From NCBI GenBank assembly GCA_030141605.1, contig JAQGDQ010002369.1:62001-126000 (forward strand): a stretch of 64,000 nt of DNA, in the 5' to 3' direction. The position numbers were made by a program, and so were the translations under genes. The notes beneath the pieces were generated by a model, which was given only the letters and a program-made list of their open reading frames with translations, was not told the origin of the DNA and made no database searches. This document shows positions 20,859-29,944 of this stretch, piece by piece (within the stretch, counting starts at the first letter, position 1; each line of letters opens with the position of its first letter). The stretch comes from Tubiluchus corallicola. Lineage: Eukaryota > Animalia > Priapulida.

Positions 20859-21284
20859 ATGAAACATTGCCCATGTGGAAGCCACCTTGACTATCAAAAA
20901 TGCTGCGGTCCTTGTCATCAGGGGACTCCTGCCAAAACTGCTTTGGCTCTAATGCGCTCCCGGTATTCGGCTTATGCTTTAAAACTTGCCGATTACATCA
21001 TGGATACGACCCATCCTAATAATCTCGGTTATGAGACGGATCGCGTCGATTGGAAGCACCATATTTTGGAGTTTTGCGAAAAAACCGATTTTCTGAAACT
21101 GGAGATTTTAGATTTTGAAGAGGAAGGCGGCGATATCGCTACCGTAAGCTTTGTCGCTTATCTCGATCAAAAAGGTAAAGATGTAACGTTCACTGAAAAA
21201 AGCCACTTTGAAAAGATCAAAGACAGATGGCTTTATAAAGAGGGAAGGCTCCTTGAGGGCGCCCGAAAAAATGAAGATTTATAA
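20859..21284 (+). CDS. ychJ: YchJ family (SEC-C motif) protein
   Basis: CPCGS..Y..CC.P.H, LMRSRYSAY, E.S.F..W.Y. Confidence 0.9.
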   Translation: MKHCPCGSHLDYQKCCGPCHQGTPAKTALALMRSRYSAYALKLADYIMDTTHPNNLGYETDRVDWKHHILEFCEKTDFLKLEILDFEEEGGDIATVSFVAYLDQKGKDVTFTEKSHFEKIKDRWLYKEGRLLEGARKNEDL

Positions 21285-21295
21285 AGAGGTATTGT

Positions 21296-21931
21296 ATGAC
21301 TAAAAATCCCAAATTCGAGATGGAAGGATATAATATTCAAGTAGTAGGGAAACGCTTCCAAGTCACCGATGCCATTCGGAATTATGTCTTAGAAAAGCTT
21401 TCCAAGATCGATCGTTTTGCTGATCACATTCTCGATGTTGTCGTTACTTTGGATGTTCAAAAACTAGAACACTCTGTCGATATTGTCATGAAGTTCAGTC
21501 ATTTTCAGATCAAAGTTCATTCGAGCATGGAAAATATCTACTCTGCCATCGACAAAGCCTCCTACCGTGTCATGCGCTTGATCAAAAAATACAAGCAGCA
21601 GTTGCAAGAGCATCGTGCAGCCAGCATGGGAACCGTCGATCTCAACGTCAATGTACTTGAGCACCAAAGGTCGGAAGAAGAAGAAATTGAATCCATCAAT
21701 GATGCGATTGAGGATCTCAATTTTTGGGAAGATGTTGAAAAATACAAGCCTCATGAAGTGGTCTCTCAAGAAACCATTACACTGCCGATCCTCAATCAGA
21801 ATGAAGCAGTGATGAAGATGGAACTTTCCGGAGATAGTTTCATGGTTTATCGCGCAGAAGAAAATCAGAAATTGAGAGTGATTTATCGAAGAGACGACGA
21901 TAACTTCGGAATCATCGAAGCTGAAAAATAA
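21296..21931 (+). CDS. hpf: Ribosome hibernation promoting factor (long HPF)
   Basis: VTDAIRNYVLEKL, IYSAID, C-terminal EAVMKMEL..VIYRRDD..FG. Confidence 0.88.
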   Translation: MTKNPKFEMEGYNIQVVGKRFQVTDAIRNYVLEKLSKIDRFADHILDVVVTLDVQKLEHSVDIVMKFSHFQIKVHSSMENIYSAIDKASYRVMRLIKKYKQQLQEHRAASMGTVDLNVNVLEHQRSEEEEIESINDAIEDLNFWEDVEKYKPHEVVSQETITLPILNQNEAVMKMELSGDSFMVYRAEENQKLRVIYRRDDDNFGIIEAEK

Positions 21932-22403
21932 CCTATTTGACCCGGTCCGGCAAAAACAGATCCCGGCAACTCCCGAGGAAATCGTCCGGCAAAAGCTGCT
22001 TCAGAAAATGATCCGGCAATTGGGATTTCCCAAAGGTCATTTATGGGTCGAGAGGGAGATCTTCTCCCTTCCCCATTTAAAAGGGACCCCCAGAGCCAAT
22101 ACTCTTCGAAGAGCTGATATTCTCTGTTTTGCCAAACACATCCATCCGGAGCACGAACTGTTTCCTTTGATATTGATCGAATGTAAAGCAGACAGGTGGA
22201 GTCAAAAGGCAAAAGAGCAAGTCCTTGGATACAATGAAAGTGTTGGTGCCTACTTTGTGGCAGTTGTAGGTTGCGGGCAAATCCAAACCTTATGGTACAA
22301 TGCTGAGACGCAAACTTATGACTCTGTCGATTTTCTTCCTCCCTATGAAGAACTAAAAGATTCAGTGAAAGAATGGCTGAAGAAAGAATCCAGAAACTTC
22401 TAG
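21900..22403 (+). CDS. HsdR N-terminal-like PD-(D/E)XK nuclease domain protein; start uncertain
   Basis: FDPVRQKQIPATPEEIVRQ lies upstream of the first ATG; RRADI..LIECK..Q..GYN. Confidence 0.7.
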   Translation: MTSESSKLKNNLFDPVRQKQIPATPEEIVRQKLLQKMIRQLGFPKGHLWVEREIFSLPHLKGTPRANTLRRADILCFAKHIHPEHELFPLILIECKADRWSQKAKEQVLGYNESVGAYFVAVVGCGQIQTLWYNAETQTYDSVDFLPPYEELKDSVKEWLKKESRNF

Positions 22404-24043
22404 AAAAACTGCCTAAATTGGAACCTTATATTCAGGATCTCGATTTCGAGCTGGAAGGATTCTGTCATATGCCTGATGGAAAGGATTCTGAAGCAGTCCA
22501 TTTCCTTAATGAGGCGCGCTCTCTTTGGGGGGCTCTCGACCTAGCCGGAGTAGATGCTCTTTGTATCTATGGTTTTACTCCATTCCTATACGATCTTTCT
22601 AAAGATTGGCTCAGAGCTTCTCAAAACAGACGGTTGATTTTTATCGATGATCGAGCAGAAGCTTTTTTTCTCTGTCTCCACCAGGGAAGCGAAAACCTTC
22701 TTGATGATCCTCAGGTAGAACTTCATTTTTTTGAAAGTCTATTGGAGATAGAACCTTTGATGAAGGAAATTTCGTGGAACCATATTTTCTTACACCTTCA
22801 TTTTGCAGCGCTTTTTTCCCTTGCCCATGAAAAGAGATCCTATATAAAACAACAATTCGAACGAATTTCTCTAGGTGTTCATCTTGTCGCCTCCGATTAC
22901 AGCGATCGAGGGCAGCTTGTTATGGAGAATGTCTACTTCAACTGCTCGTCCGTTGGATCTTTTCGCAATGCTTCAACGTTAAAAGGATGTTTCGAAAAAA
23001 TTCCCGCAATCATTTGCGGATCGGGACCCTCATTGGAAAAGCATCAGGGACTGCCTAGAGAAATGGAAGATCGTGCCCTAGTGTTTGTGGGAGGTTCTGC
23101 CTTAGGGAAAATGAAGGGATCTGTCCCTCATTTTGCTGCTGCGATTGACAAGCAGGCTCCTTATCACCTTCATAAGCTCCATGCTGTTTTCGAAGCACCT
23201 TTTTTCTATCAGAACAGAATGTCGAAAGAAAACTTTTCTTTGATCCATACCGATAAATTCCTCGTTGGCGACAACGGAGGATATCCATTGGAACAATGGC
23301 TCTGCGAGCAACTTGGAATGGACCTTTCTCCTTTTGAAGGAGGATGGAATGTCGGCACCCTCCTGATCCAATTGGCTGAATATTTTGGATGCGATCCAAT
23401 CATTTTGGTGGGAATGGACCTTTCTGTGCAGGAAAAAAAAGCGTCGCTCGAAGTATTAGACCTCTTCGGCAATCCTGTCTATACACAAAGAGATTGGTGG
23501 ATGGCTGCTAAATGGATAGAAGAATTTGCAAAAAGAAGCAGGGCCAAGCTGATCAATGCAACAGAAGGAGGGATCGGGTTTGCTGGAGTGGACAACGTTT
23601 CTTTTGAAACCGTTCAAAAAGAGATCCTAAAACGCTCCTATGATCTTTGGGGGCTCTGCCATACCCAACTGAAGCAGATCGAGACAAGGCATATTCATCA
23701 CGCTCTAGTGCAGGAAAATATCGAACAGATCGAACAGAGCCTTTCTTCTTTAGTAGAGGTCTGTACAGATCACTTGAATGAACTTCAAGACAGTTATTCT
23801 AAAAAAGAATTTGATAAGAGTTTTTCTTTAGAAGAAAAAATGGAAAGGGAGTTGGCTTATCACACTCTTTTGGATCCCTTGTGGAGTATCTGGAAGTATT
23901 TTTTCATCCGGGAAGCTAAAAAAAATCAGAGGATTCCCCAACAATTTCAACTGATGCTTCATCAAACACTGTTTTTCAAAAGTACATTGGACATGCATCT
24001 GGCTCTGATTGAAAAATGGAAAGAAGGTAACGTTTATGGCTAA
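22373..24043 (+). CDS. Maf (DUF115/MptE-like) glycosyltransferase family protein
   Basis: AIICGSGPSL, FGCDPIILVGMDL, LINATEGG. Confidence 0.8.
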   Translation: MAEERIQKLLEKLPKLEPYIQDLDFELEGFCHMPDGKDSEAVHFLNEARSLWGALDLAGVDALCIYGFTPFLYDLSKDWLRASQNRRLIFIDDRAEAFFLCLHQGSENLLDDPQVELHFFESLLEIEPLMKEISWNHIFLHLHFAALFSLAHEKRSYIKQQFERISLGVHLVASDYSDRGQLVMENVYFNCSSVGSFRNASTLKGCFEKIPAIICGSGPSLEKHQGLPREMEDRALVFVGGSALGKMKGSVPHFAAAIDKQAPYHLHKLHAVFEAPFFYQNRMSKENFSLIHTDKFLVGDNGGYPLEQWLCEQLGMDLSPFEGGWNVGTLLIQLAEYFGCDPIILVGMDLSVQEKKASLEVLDLFGNPVYTQRDWWMAAKWIEEFAKRSRAKLINATEGGIGFAGVDNVSFETVQKEILKRSYDLWGLCHTQLKQIETRHIHHALVQENIEQIEQSLSSLVEVCTDHLNELQDSYSKKEFDKSFSLEEKMERELAYHTLLDPLWSIWKYFFIREAKKNQRIPQQFQLMLHQTLFFKSTLDMHLALIEKWKEGNVYG

Positions 24044-24833
24044 AGAAAAGTACGAGAAGACAAAGAGTAAACTTTTCATCATCGATTCCGAGATGAATCT
24101 TCAAATCGAAGCTCCTTTCTCCCCGCCCGAATTAGGGGAAGATTTGTCCGACAAAAAAATAACTAAAGTAGAACTTGATAATGGATTTAAGCAGTATTTC
24201 TTAATGAAGGGAGCACTTCTTCATGGGGAATGCAAGTATTTTTATCCTGAAGGCGCACTGCAAGCTGTGATGTACTATGATAAAGGGAAACTGCACGGTC
24301 CCTCTACCTTTTACAGTATGGAGGGCAAACTTCTTTCATCGTCCTGGTTTATTGATGGGAAAAGACAGGGTAAAATGCATCAGTACTATCTCAATTCTTC
24401 TACGCAGAGCACACAAAGGTTCGTGGATGGAAAAAGAGAGGCGAAGCAGGAATATTTTTATGAAGATGGGCATCCAAAAAGCATCATGGAATACAAAAAG
24501 GGAGCTCTTCATGGATTTTGCCGTCTCTTTTGGCCCAATGGACAGGTAAAACGAGAGTGTTACTTCGAAGAAAACCTCCGTTTTGGAGCCGATCGCATCT
24601 GGAGTGAAGAAGGAAAACTTTTGGATGAAGGACAGTATAAAAAGAACGTTCCTGTGGGCACGCATAAACGGTGGAACCGTCAGGGTGTCCTCATAGAAGA
24701 AATGGAATATCATGATGCAAAACACTTCGACAAAAAATTCTATAATGATGAAGGCGTATTGATTTATGAAAGCAAACGCCTTGATGACGGTGCAACTCTG
24801 GAACGAACCTGGAATGATGAAACTTCTGAATGA
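24036..24833 (+). CDS. MORN-variant repeat (YwqK-like) protein; last ~15 aa removed by an insertion
   Basis: Repeats of Y..G.LHG...YY..G; its stop TGA is created by the MITE end. Confidence 0.8.
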   Translation: MAKEKYEKTKSKLFIIDSEMNLQIEAPFSPPELGEDLSDKKITKVELDNGFKQYFLMKGALLHGECKYFYPEGALQAVMYYDKGKLHGPSTFYSMEGKLLSSSWFIDGKRQGKMHQYYLNSSTQSTQRFVDGKREAKQEYFYEDGHPKSIMEYKKGALHGFCRLFWPNGQVKRECYFEENLRFGADRIWSEEGKLLDEGQYKKNVPVGTHKRWNRQGVLIEEMEYHDAKHFDKKFYNDEGVLIYESKRLDDGATLERTWNDETSE

Positions 24834-24996
24834 ACCTATCCCGAAACATGTTTCGTCGATTTTTGGAGCTATTTTGACCAAGTTTAAAAAGTTGCAGGAA
24901 GGGTAATATCCACTGGAATATGACCATTCCTGCAACTTTTTAAACTTGGTTCAAAAGAGCCCTAAAATCGAGGGACACCTGTTTTGGGATAGGTTC
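24832..24996. mobile_element. 165-bp palindromic MITE-like element
   Basis: Ends GAACCTATCCC/GGGATAGGTTC, internal perfect 24-bp inverted repeat, AAT direct repeat on both flanks. Confidence 0.8.
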
Positions 24997-25020
24997 AATG
25001 GACTGAAAAAAAGGTAACGG

Positions 25021-26841
25021 ATGGAATTTCCGAATCAAACCTCTGAGAATATCTTTCGTCAAAACTATGAGACGTTTCTTACCCGCTTTCCCAAGCTGGC
25101 CCTACTGTCATTGGAATTCGACAATTCCTTTACCCTCTTCCAAACTTCGATAGGCTCTCTAAATCTTCGTAAAGACAAAGAGATCATTCATGATGAAAGT
25201 GATGAAGAGCACTTTCAAAAAGCTTTGGAAATCAAGGAAATCGACGTCCTGTATATCTATGGGCTGGGTCTCGGATATGCCTATTATTTTCTCAAAGAAT
25301 GGCTGGAGGCTGATGATTCCAGGGACCTTGTTTTTTTAGAAGATGATCCAGGAATTATCGTATCCTTTTTAAGAACCGAGCTTGCTTCTCGTCTTCTGGA
25401 AGACCGTCAGGTTCATATCTATTTCGTCGACGATATCGAAGAGAATGCTAAAGAGCTTTCCGATCTCTTTCCCGTCCGCAAAGTCGAAGTTTCAGCCCTG
25501 CCTTTCTATTTGCAGACAAAAAAGGAGAAGTTCGAACAACTAAAACTTCAGATCTTTCGTAAGACAGTTCTTGCCGAATCGATCTTTTTGGACCGGCTTC
25601 ATTCTTATGTTCCATTCCGCAATCTCCTTTTCAACCTACGACATTTCCCCTATTCTTTTCTGACGAACTCTTTTGTAGGAGCTTTTGAAAAAGTGCCGGC
25701 TGTTGTCTGTGGAGCAGGGCCTTCTTTGGAGCAGTCGATCGATACATTGAGAAATCTGGGAACGAGGGCCATTGTCATCGCCGGCGGCTCTACTCTGGCA
25801 TCCTTGAGCCATTACGGCATACGGCCCCATTTCGGTGTCCTCATCGACCCAAACCTGGAAGAGTACCACAGAATGCGCTCCAACTGGAATTTTGAAATAC
25901 CTCTTCTTTATGCAACGCGTGTCTGTCCCGAAGTATTCGATACGATGAATGCAAAACTGGGATATATCCGCGCAGGAATCGGTGGAATGGGAGAACTGTG
26001 GATGGATGAAGAATTCCATATCCAGGACCGACTATTAGGAGCCTCTCTCAATGATGAATCGATATCGGTGACTACTATTTCGGTATCACTCGCCCATGAG
26101 TTTGGATGCGATCCGATCATCATGACAGGGATCGATATGGCCTTTACCGGTAAAAAACAGTATGCTGAAGGAGTTCAGGGGTATAAATCGATCTCCGTAA
26201 AAGATCTCGAACGGAAAAAACTGGTTGAAAACCGGATATTCCAAAAAAAGGACAGGAACGATAACGAGATCTATACATCAGTGAAATGGCTGATGGAGTC
26301 TTCCTGTCTTTCGGCTTTTGCGAAAAGCCATCCTGAAAAAACCTTTCTCAATGCAACGCATGGGGGAATCGGGATTGAAGGGATAGAATATATGCCTCTC
26401 GATGAGATTGCTGAAAAGTATCTCACAAAAGAGTACGATTTTCTTTCCTGGATCGACAGTCTGATCCGGCAAACTCAAGTACAGGTTACTAAAGAAGAGG
26501 TCAGTAATCAGATTGCAACTCTATACACCGGAATGCAAAAAGTAGACGAGTTGACTTCTCTCATCCTCTCTGAGATTCGCGATGCACAAAAGGATCCATC
26601 CTCTATTGAAATCCCCTATGAATCAGGAAAGATGATCCTTGCCCAGATGGACCTTCAGGAAGAAGACACCTACCTGATCCTGCTTTCCGATCTTCCCCAG
26701 ATCCTCGAGCAGTTCTTGCAGAGAAAGAAAAAGCACCCATCAGAGACGAAAGAAGAACATCTCAAAGATCTTGAGCACAAATGGAGCTGGTTTCACCGAA
26801 TCGTTCACAAGTATCTAAAGATATTAAAAGACGTTACTTGA
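25021..26841 (+). CDS. Maf (DUF115/MptE-like) glycosyltransferase family protein, paralog
   Basis: YGLGLGY, AVVCGAGPSL, FGCDPIIMTGIDM, FLNATHGG. Confidence 0.8.
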   Translation: MEFPNQTSENIFRQNYETFLTRFPKLALLSLEFDNSFTLFQTSIGSLNLRKDKEIIHDESDEEHFQKALEIKEIDVLYIYGLGLGYAYYFLKEWLEADDSRDLVFLEDDPGIIVSFLRTELASRLLEDRQVHIYFVDDIEENAKELSDLFPVRKVEVSALPFYLQTKKEKFEQLKLQIFRKTVLAESIFLDRLHSYVPFRNLLFNLRHFPYSFLTNSFVGAFEKVPAVVCGAGPSLEQSIDTLRNLGTRAIVIAGGSTLASLSHYGIRPHFGVLIDPNLEEYHRMRSNWNFEIPLLYATRVCPEVFDTMNAKLGYIRAGIGGMGELWMDEEFHIQDRLLGASLNDESISVTTISVSLAHEFGCDPIIMTGIDMAFTGKKQYAEGVQGYKSISVKDLERKKLVENRIFQKKDRNDNEIYTSVKWLMESSCLSAFAKSHPEKTFLNATHGGIGIEGIEYMPLDEIAEKYLTKEYDFLSWIDSLIRQTQVQVTKEEVSNQIATLYTGMQKVDELTSLILSEIRDAQKDPSSIEIPYESGKMILAQMDLQEEDTYLILLSDLPQILEQFLQRKKKHPSETKEEHLKDLEHKWSWFHRIVHKYLKILKDVT

Positions 26842-26905
26842 ACCTATCTCACCAAAGCTGAACTTTATTCATTCATGTTCAAAGGTTTATGTCTTGCTGT
26901 CAATC

Positions 26906-27057
26906 TGCTACCAATATCTACTGATTTGGTAGTTGTTGCAATTAACTAAAAATCAGGTTTTTACGGAATAACTACCAATTTGTTACCAATATCTACCAAT
27001 TTGGTAGTTGTCCGAAAAGGGGTCTATTTGTTACCAATTAGATAAAGACTGGTAGTA
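26906..27057. promoter_or_regulatory. Repeated TACCAAT/TTGGTAG boxes upstream of the fic gene
   Basis: 31-bp near-direct repeat at 26906 and 26981, palindrome CTACCAATTTGGTAG, additional half sites. Confidence 0.55.
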
Positions 27058-27060
27058 AAA

Positions 27061-28407
27061 ATGAAGTTTCCTCGTAAACCTCCAGAAGTCAGAAGAAAAA
27101 ACGTTTTCTCATCCTCAGAAAAAATTTTTTTGAGTCTTGAAGAAGGAAAAAAGACAGAAGAAGATGGAAAATATAGACATTGGGACATTCTCAGGCATTT
27201 ACAACCTCCTGCTGGATTGACATCAGAAGAGTGGTGGTGCGGAATTAGAATGAGTCGTCTTCTTGGAAAGAAAAATATTCCTTTATGGGATAAAGAAGGA
27301 AAAGAAGCCTTTTATTACAACATTCCCGATAAAGTTCTTGAGCAACTGCATCGTATTGATTTGGAAGCAGGAGGATCAGTCCAAGCTCCAACTCCAGAAC
27401 CTATCCTTAATCCTCAAACCCGAGACCAATATCTTTTCCGTTCTCTAATTCAGGAGGCAATTACATCAAGTCAAATAGAGGGGGCTGCTACAACACGCCG
27501 AGTTGCAAAAGAAATGTTGCGATCTGGTCGTTCTCCTAGAGATAAAAATGAACAAATGATTTTGAATAATTTTCACACTATGGAACAGGTCAGGGATTGG
27601 AAAGATCAATCGTTAGATAAAGAATTAATTTTTGAAATTCATAGGACAGTTACAAAAGATACACTTGATAAACTTGATGCAGCAGGAAGATTTAGAAAGG
27701 AAGATGAGTCTGTTATAGTTGAAGATGTTGTTACTCATGAGGTTTTGCATGAACCTCCTCCTGCAAGTGAACTTCCTAAACGTCTTGAAGCAATGTGTGA
27801 TTTTGCAAATGGAAAGACACCTGGGCATTTTATTCATCCTGCTGTTCGTGCGATAATTCTTCACTTTTGGTTAGCTTATGATCACCCATTTGTGGATGGA
27901 AATGGGCGAACAGCTCGAGCTTTATTCTATTGGTTAATGCTTAGAGAGGGGTATTGGCTTTTTGAATATATTTCCATATCAGAAATCATTCTTAATGCTC
28001 CTGTTCAGTACGAAAGAGCATTTCTTTATTCTGAGACTTATGAAAATGACCTCACTTATTTTGTGATTCATCAATCTGAAGTAATTCGAAAAGCTCTTGA
28101 ATCATTAAAAAATTATATTGAGCGTAAAACTAAGGAAATAAGAGAAATTGAGTTTTTACTTAGAAGGGATGGTGATGTTAATCACAGGCAAGAAGCTCTT
28201 TTAGCCCATGCCTTAAGGCATCCTGGGGCTTCTTATACTATTGAGGTTCATAAAAACAGTCATCAAGTAGCCTATGATACAGCTCGTCATGATTTGCAAG
28301 AATTACTAGAAAAAGGTCTATTGGAAAAGAGGATTAGAGGTAAAGCTTTCATTTACACCGTATCGGGTAACTTATTAAATATCGTTAAGAAAGAGCATGC
28401 TAAATGA
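27061..28407 (+). CDS. Fic family protein with inhibitory helix and C-terminal HTH
   Basis: HPFVDGNGRTAR catalytic motif; SSQIEG inhibitory motif; TARHDLQELLEKG helix-turn-helix-like tail. Confidence 0.92.
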   Translation: MKFPRKPPEVRRKNVFSSSEKIFLSLEEGKKTEEDGKYRHWDILRHLQPPAGLTSEEWWCGIRMSRLLGKKNIPLWDKEGKEAFYYNIPDKVLEQLHRIDLEAGGSVQAPTPEPILNPQTRDQYLFRSLIQEAITSSQIEGAATTRRVAKEMLRSGRSPRDKNEQMILNNFHTMEQVRDWKDQSLDKELIFEIHRTVTKDTLDKLDAAGRFRKEDESVIVEDVVTHEVLHEPPPASELPKRLEAMCDFANGKTPGHFIHPAVRAIILHFWLAYDHPFVDGNGRTARALFYWLMLREGYWLFEYISISEIILNAPVQYERAFLYSETYENDLTYFVIHQSEVIRKALESLKNYIERKTKEIREIEFLLRRDGDVNHRQEALLAHALRHPGASYTIEVHKNSHQVAYDTARHDLQELLEKGLLEKRIRGKAFIYTVSGNLLNIVKKEHAK

Positions 28408-28594
28408 TAAGCAGTCTGTATTGTAATCAGTAATCTTTAAAAGTTAGCTCTGTTCCTTGAGAATTTGTGTGTTGTATTTAAGCAAATACGAGATACAAAA
28501 AGTTTTGTGCATGTTGGGTAAGACACAAAGTTGTTTGTGTCTGGTTTTCATTAAAATACAAGACGCAGGGAAAATTTGATTTTGGGTAGAGGGC

Positions 28595-29944
28595 TTATTT
28601 AGAAGGACTTCGATAAAGCTTGAGCTTGTTTCTTAGAGTTCGGACACTGATTCCCAGTATTTGTGCAGATTTGGTCCGGTTCTGATTATGGTTTTCCAGA
28701 GTTTGCAGGATCATCTTCTTTTCCAACTCGTCTAGAGTCGTTTCTTTTAAAGGAATTGCGTCCTGAGAGACCATCTCTTTTTTCTGCTCCAGGTGGAGAT
28801 CTTCCGTTTCGACTGTCTCTGTAGAGCTGAGTACTACACTTCGTTCCAGAATGTTGCCTAATTCCCTGACATTGCCCGGCCAGTTGTACTGTAGGAGCTT
28901 CTGCTCGGCATTGTGAGAAAGAGTCTTCTGTTTCTTGTGATTTTCTCTGCAAAATCGTCTTAGAAAGTAACGGGAAAGGGGAAGAATTTCTTCTTTACGT
29001 TCGCGCAGCGGAGGAATATGAATGGGAAGGACATTTAGACGGTAGAAGAGATCTTCTCGAAAACGGCTTTCTAAAATAGCCTGCTTCAGATCCCGATTCG
29101 AAGTGGCTATGAATCGGATGTCTACATGAATGGTTCTCGTTCCTCCGACCCGTTCGAACTCCTGTTCCTGGATAGCTCTCAACAGTTTTGGTTGAAGAGA
29201 GAGAGGGATTTCCGTGATTTCATCGAGGAGGAGGGTACCCTGGTTCGCCAACTCAAAACGGCCTAATCGTTTTCCCATAGCTCCTGTAAAGGCCCCCTTT
29301 TCATGACCGAAAAATTCCGACTCGATCAAAGTATCTGGAAGAGCAGCACAATTCACTTTGATGAGAGGCGCCTGTTTTCTCAACGAGAGATTGTGAATCT
29401 CCTGTGCGATCACCTCTTTTCCCGTTCCTGACTCACCGCTGATGAAAACACTGGCATTGCTCTGTGCGATCTTCTCTACATCTTTCAGGATTTTCTTCAT
29501 TGCAGGGCTTTCGGCAATGATCTGTCTGGAATGGGTGATCTCTTCTTTGAGGTACCGGTTTTGTCTTAATAGGGCCTCATGCTCTTCGACCTTTTGCAGA
29601 GTGGCCTCTATCGCTTCGAGAGAAAACGGTTTGATGAGATAGTGGAAAGCGCCCAACGCCATTGCTTCCACGGCATTTTCAACACTTGCATAGGCAGTGA
29701 TGATCACAACACAGATTTCAGGATAAAGCTTCTTTGCCTCTTTCAACACATCCAGACCAGTACGGTTCGGCATTTTCATATCAGTGATGACAAGATCAAA
29801 GGATTCTTTTTGTAAGAGACGGATTGCTTCTTCTCCATCATGGGCAAGACGAATTTCTTTTTGCTTCTTTCTCAATGCCTGATAGAGAAAGTCCCGGATG
29901 ATCAACTCATCATCGACCACGAGGATTTTTTCGATGGAAGTCAT
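28595..29944 (-). CDS. atoC: Sigma54-dependent response regulator (AtoC/NtrC; chlamydial CtcC type)
   Basis: Receiver domain, GESGTGKE, GAFTGA, FREDLFYRL, Fis-type HTH. Confidence 0.9.
   Translation of the reverse strand: MTSIEKILVVDDELIIRDFLYQALRKKQKEIRLAHDGEEAIRLLQKESFDLVITDMKMPNRTGLDVLKEAKKLYPEICVVIITAYASVENAVEAMALGAFHYLIKPFSLEAIEATLQKVEEHEALLRQNRYLKEEITHSRQIIAESPAMKKILKDVEKIAQSNASVFISGESGTGKEVIAQEIHNLSLRKQAPLIKVNCAALPDTLIESEFFGHEKGAFTGAMGKRLGRFELANQGTLLLDEITEIPLSLQPKLLRAIQEQEFERVGGTRTIHVDIRFIATSNRDLKQAILESRFREDLFYRLNVLPIHIPPLRERKEEILPLSRYFLRRFCRENHKKQKTLSHNAEQKLLQYNWPGNVRELGNILERSVVLSSTETVETEDLHLEQKKEMVSQDAIPLKETTLDELEKKMILQTLENHNQNRTKSAQILGISVRTLRNKLKLYRSPSK

Noticed and set aside
21900-22403. 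Type I restriction-modification system
   Set aside because: Stand-alone nuclease-like domain; no hsdM, hsdS or helicase
24336-24935. 199-aa minus-strand ORF as a transposase
   Set aside because: Antisense shadow of the MORN gene starting inside the MITE; no DDE or HUH motifs
26900-27060. CRISPR array or iterons
   Set aside because: Repeats are short and irregularly spaced, with no unique spacers and no cas or rep gene
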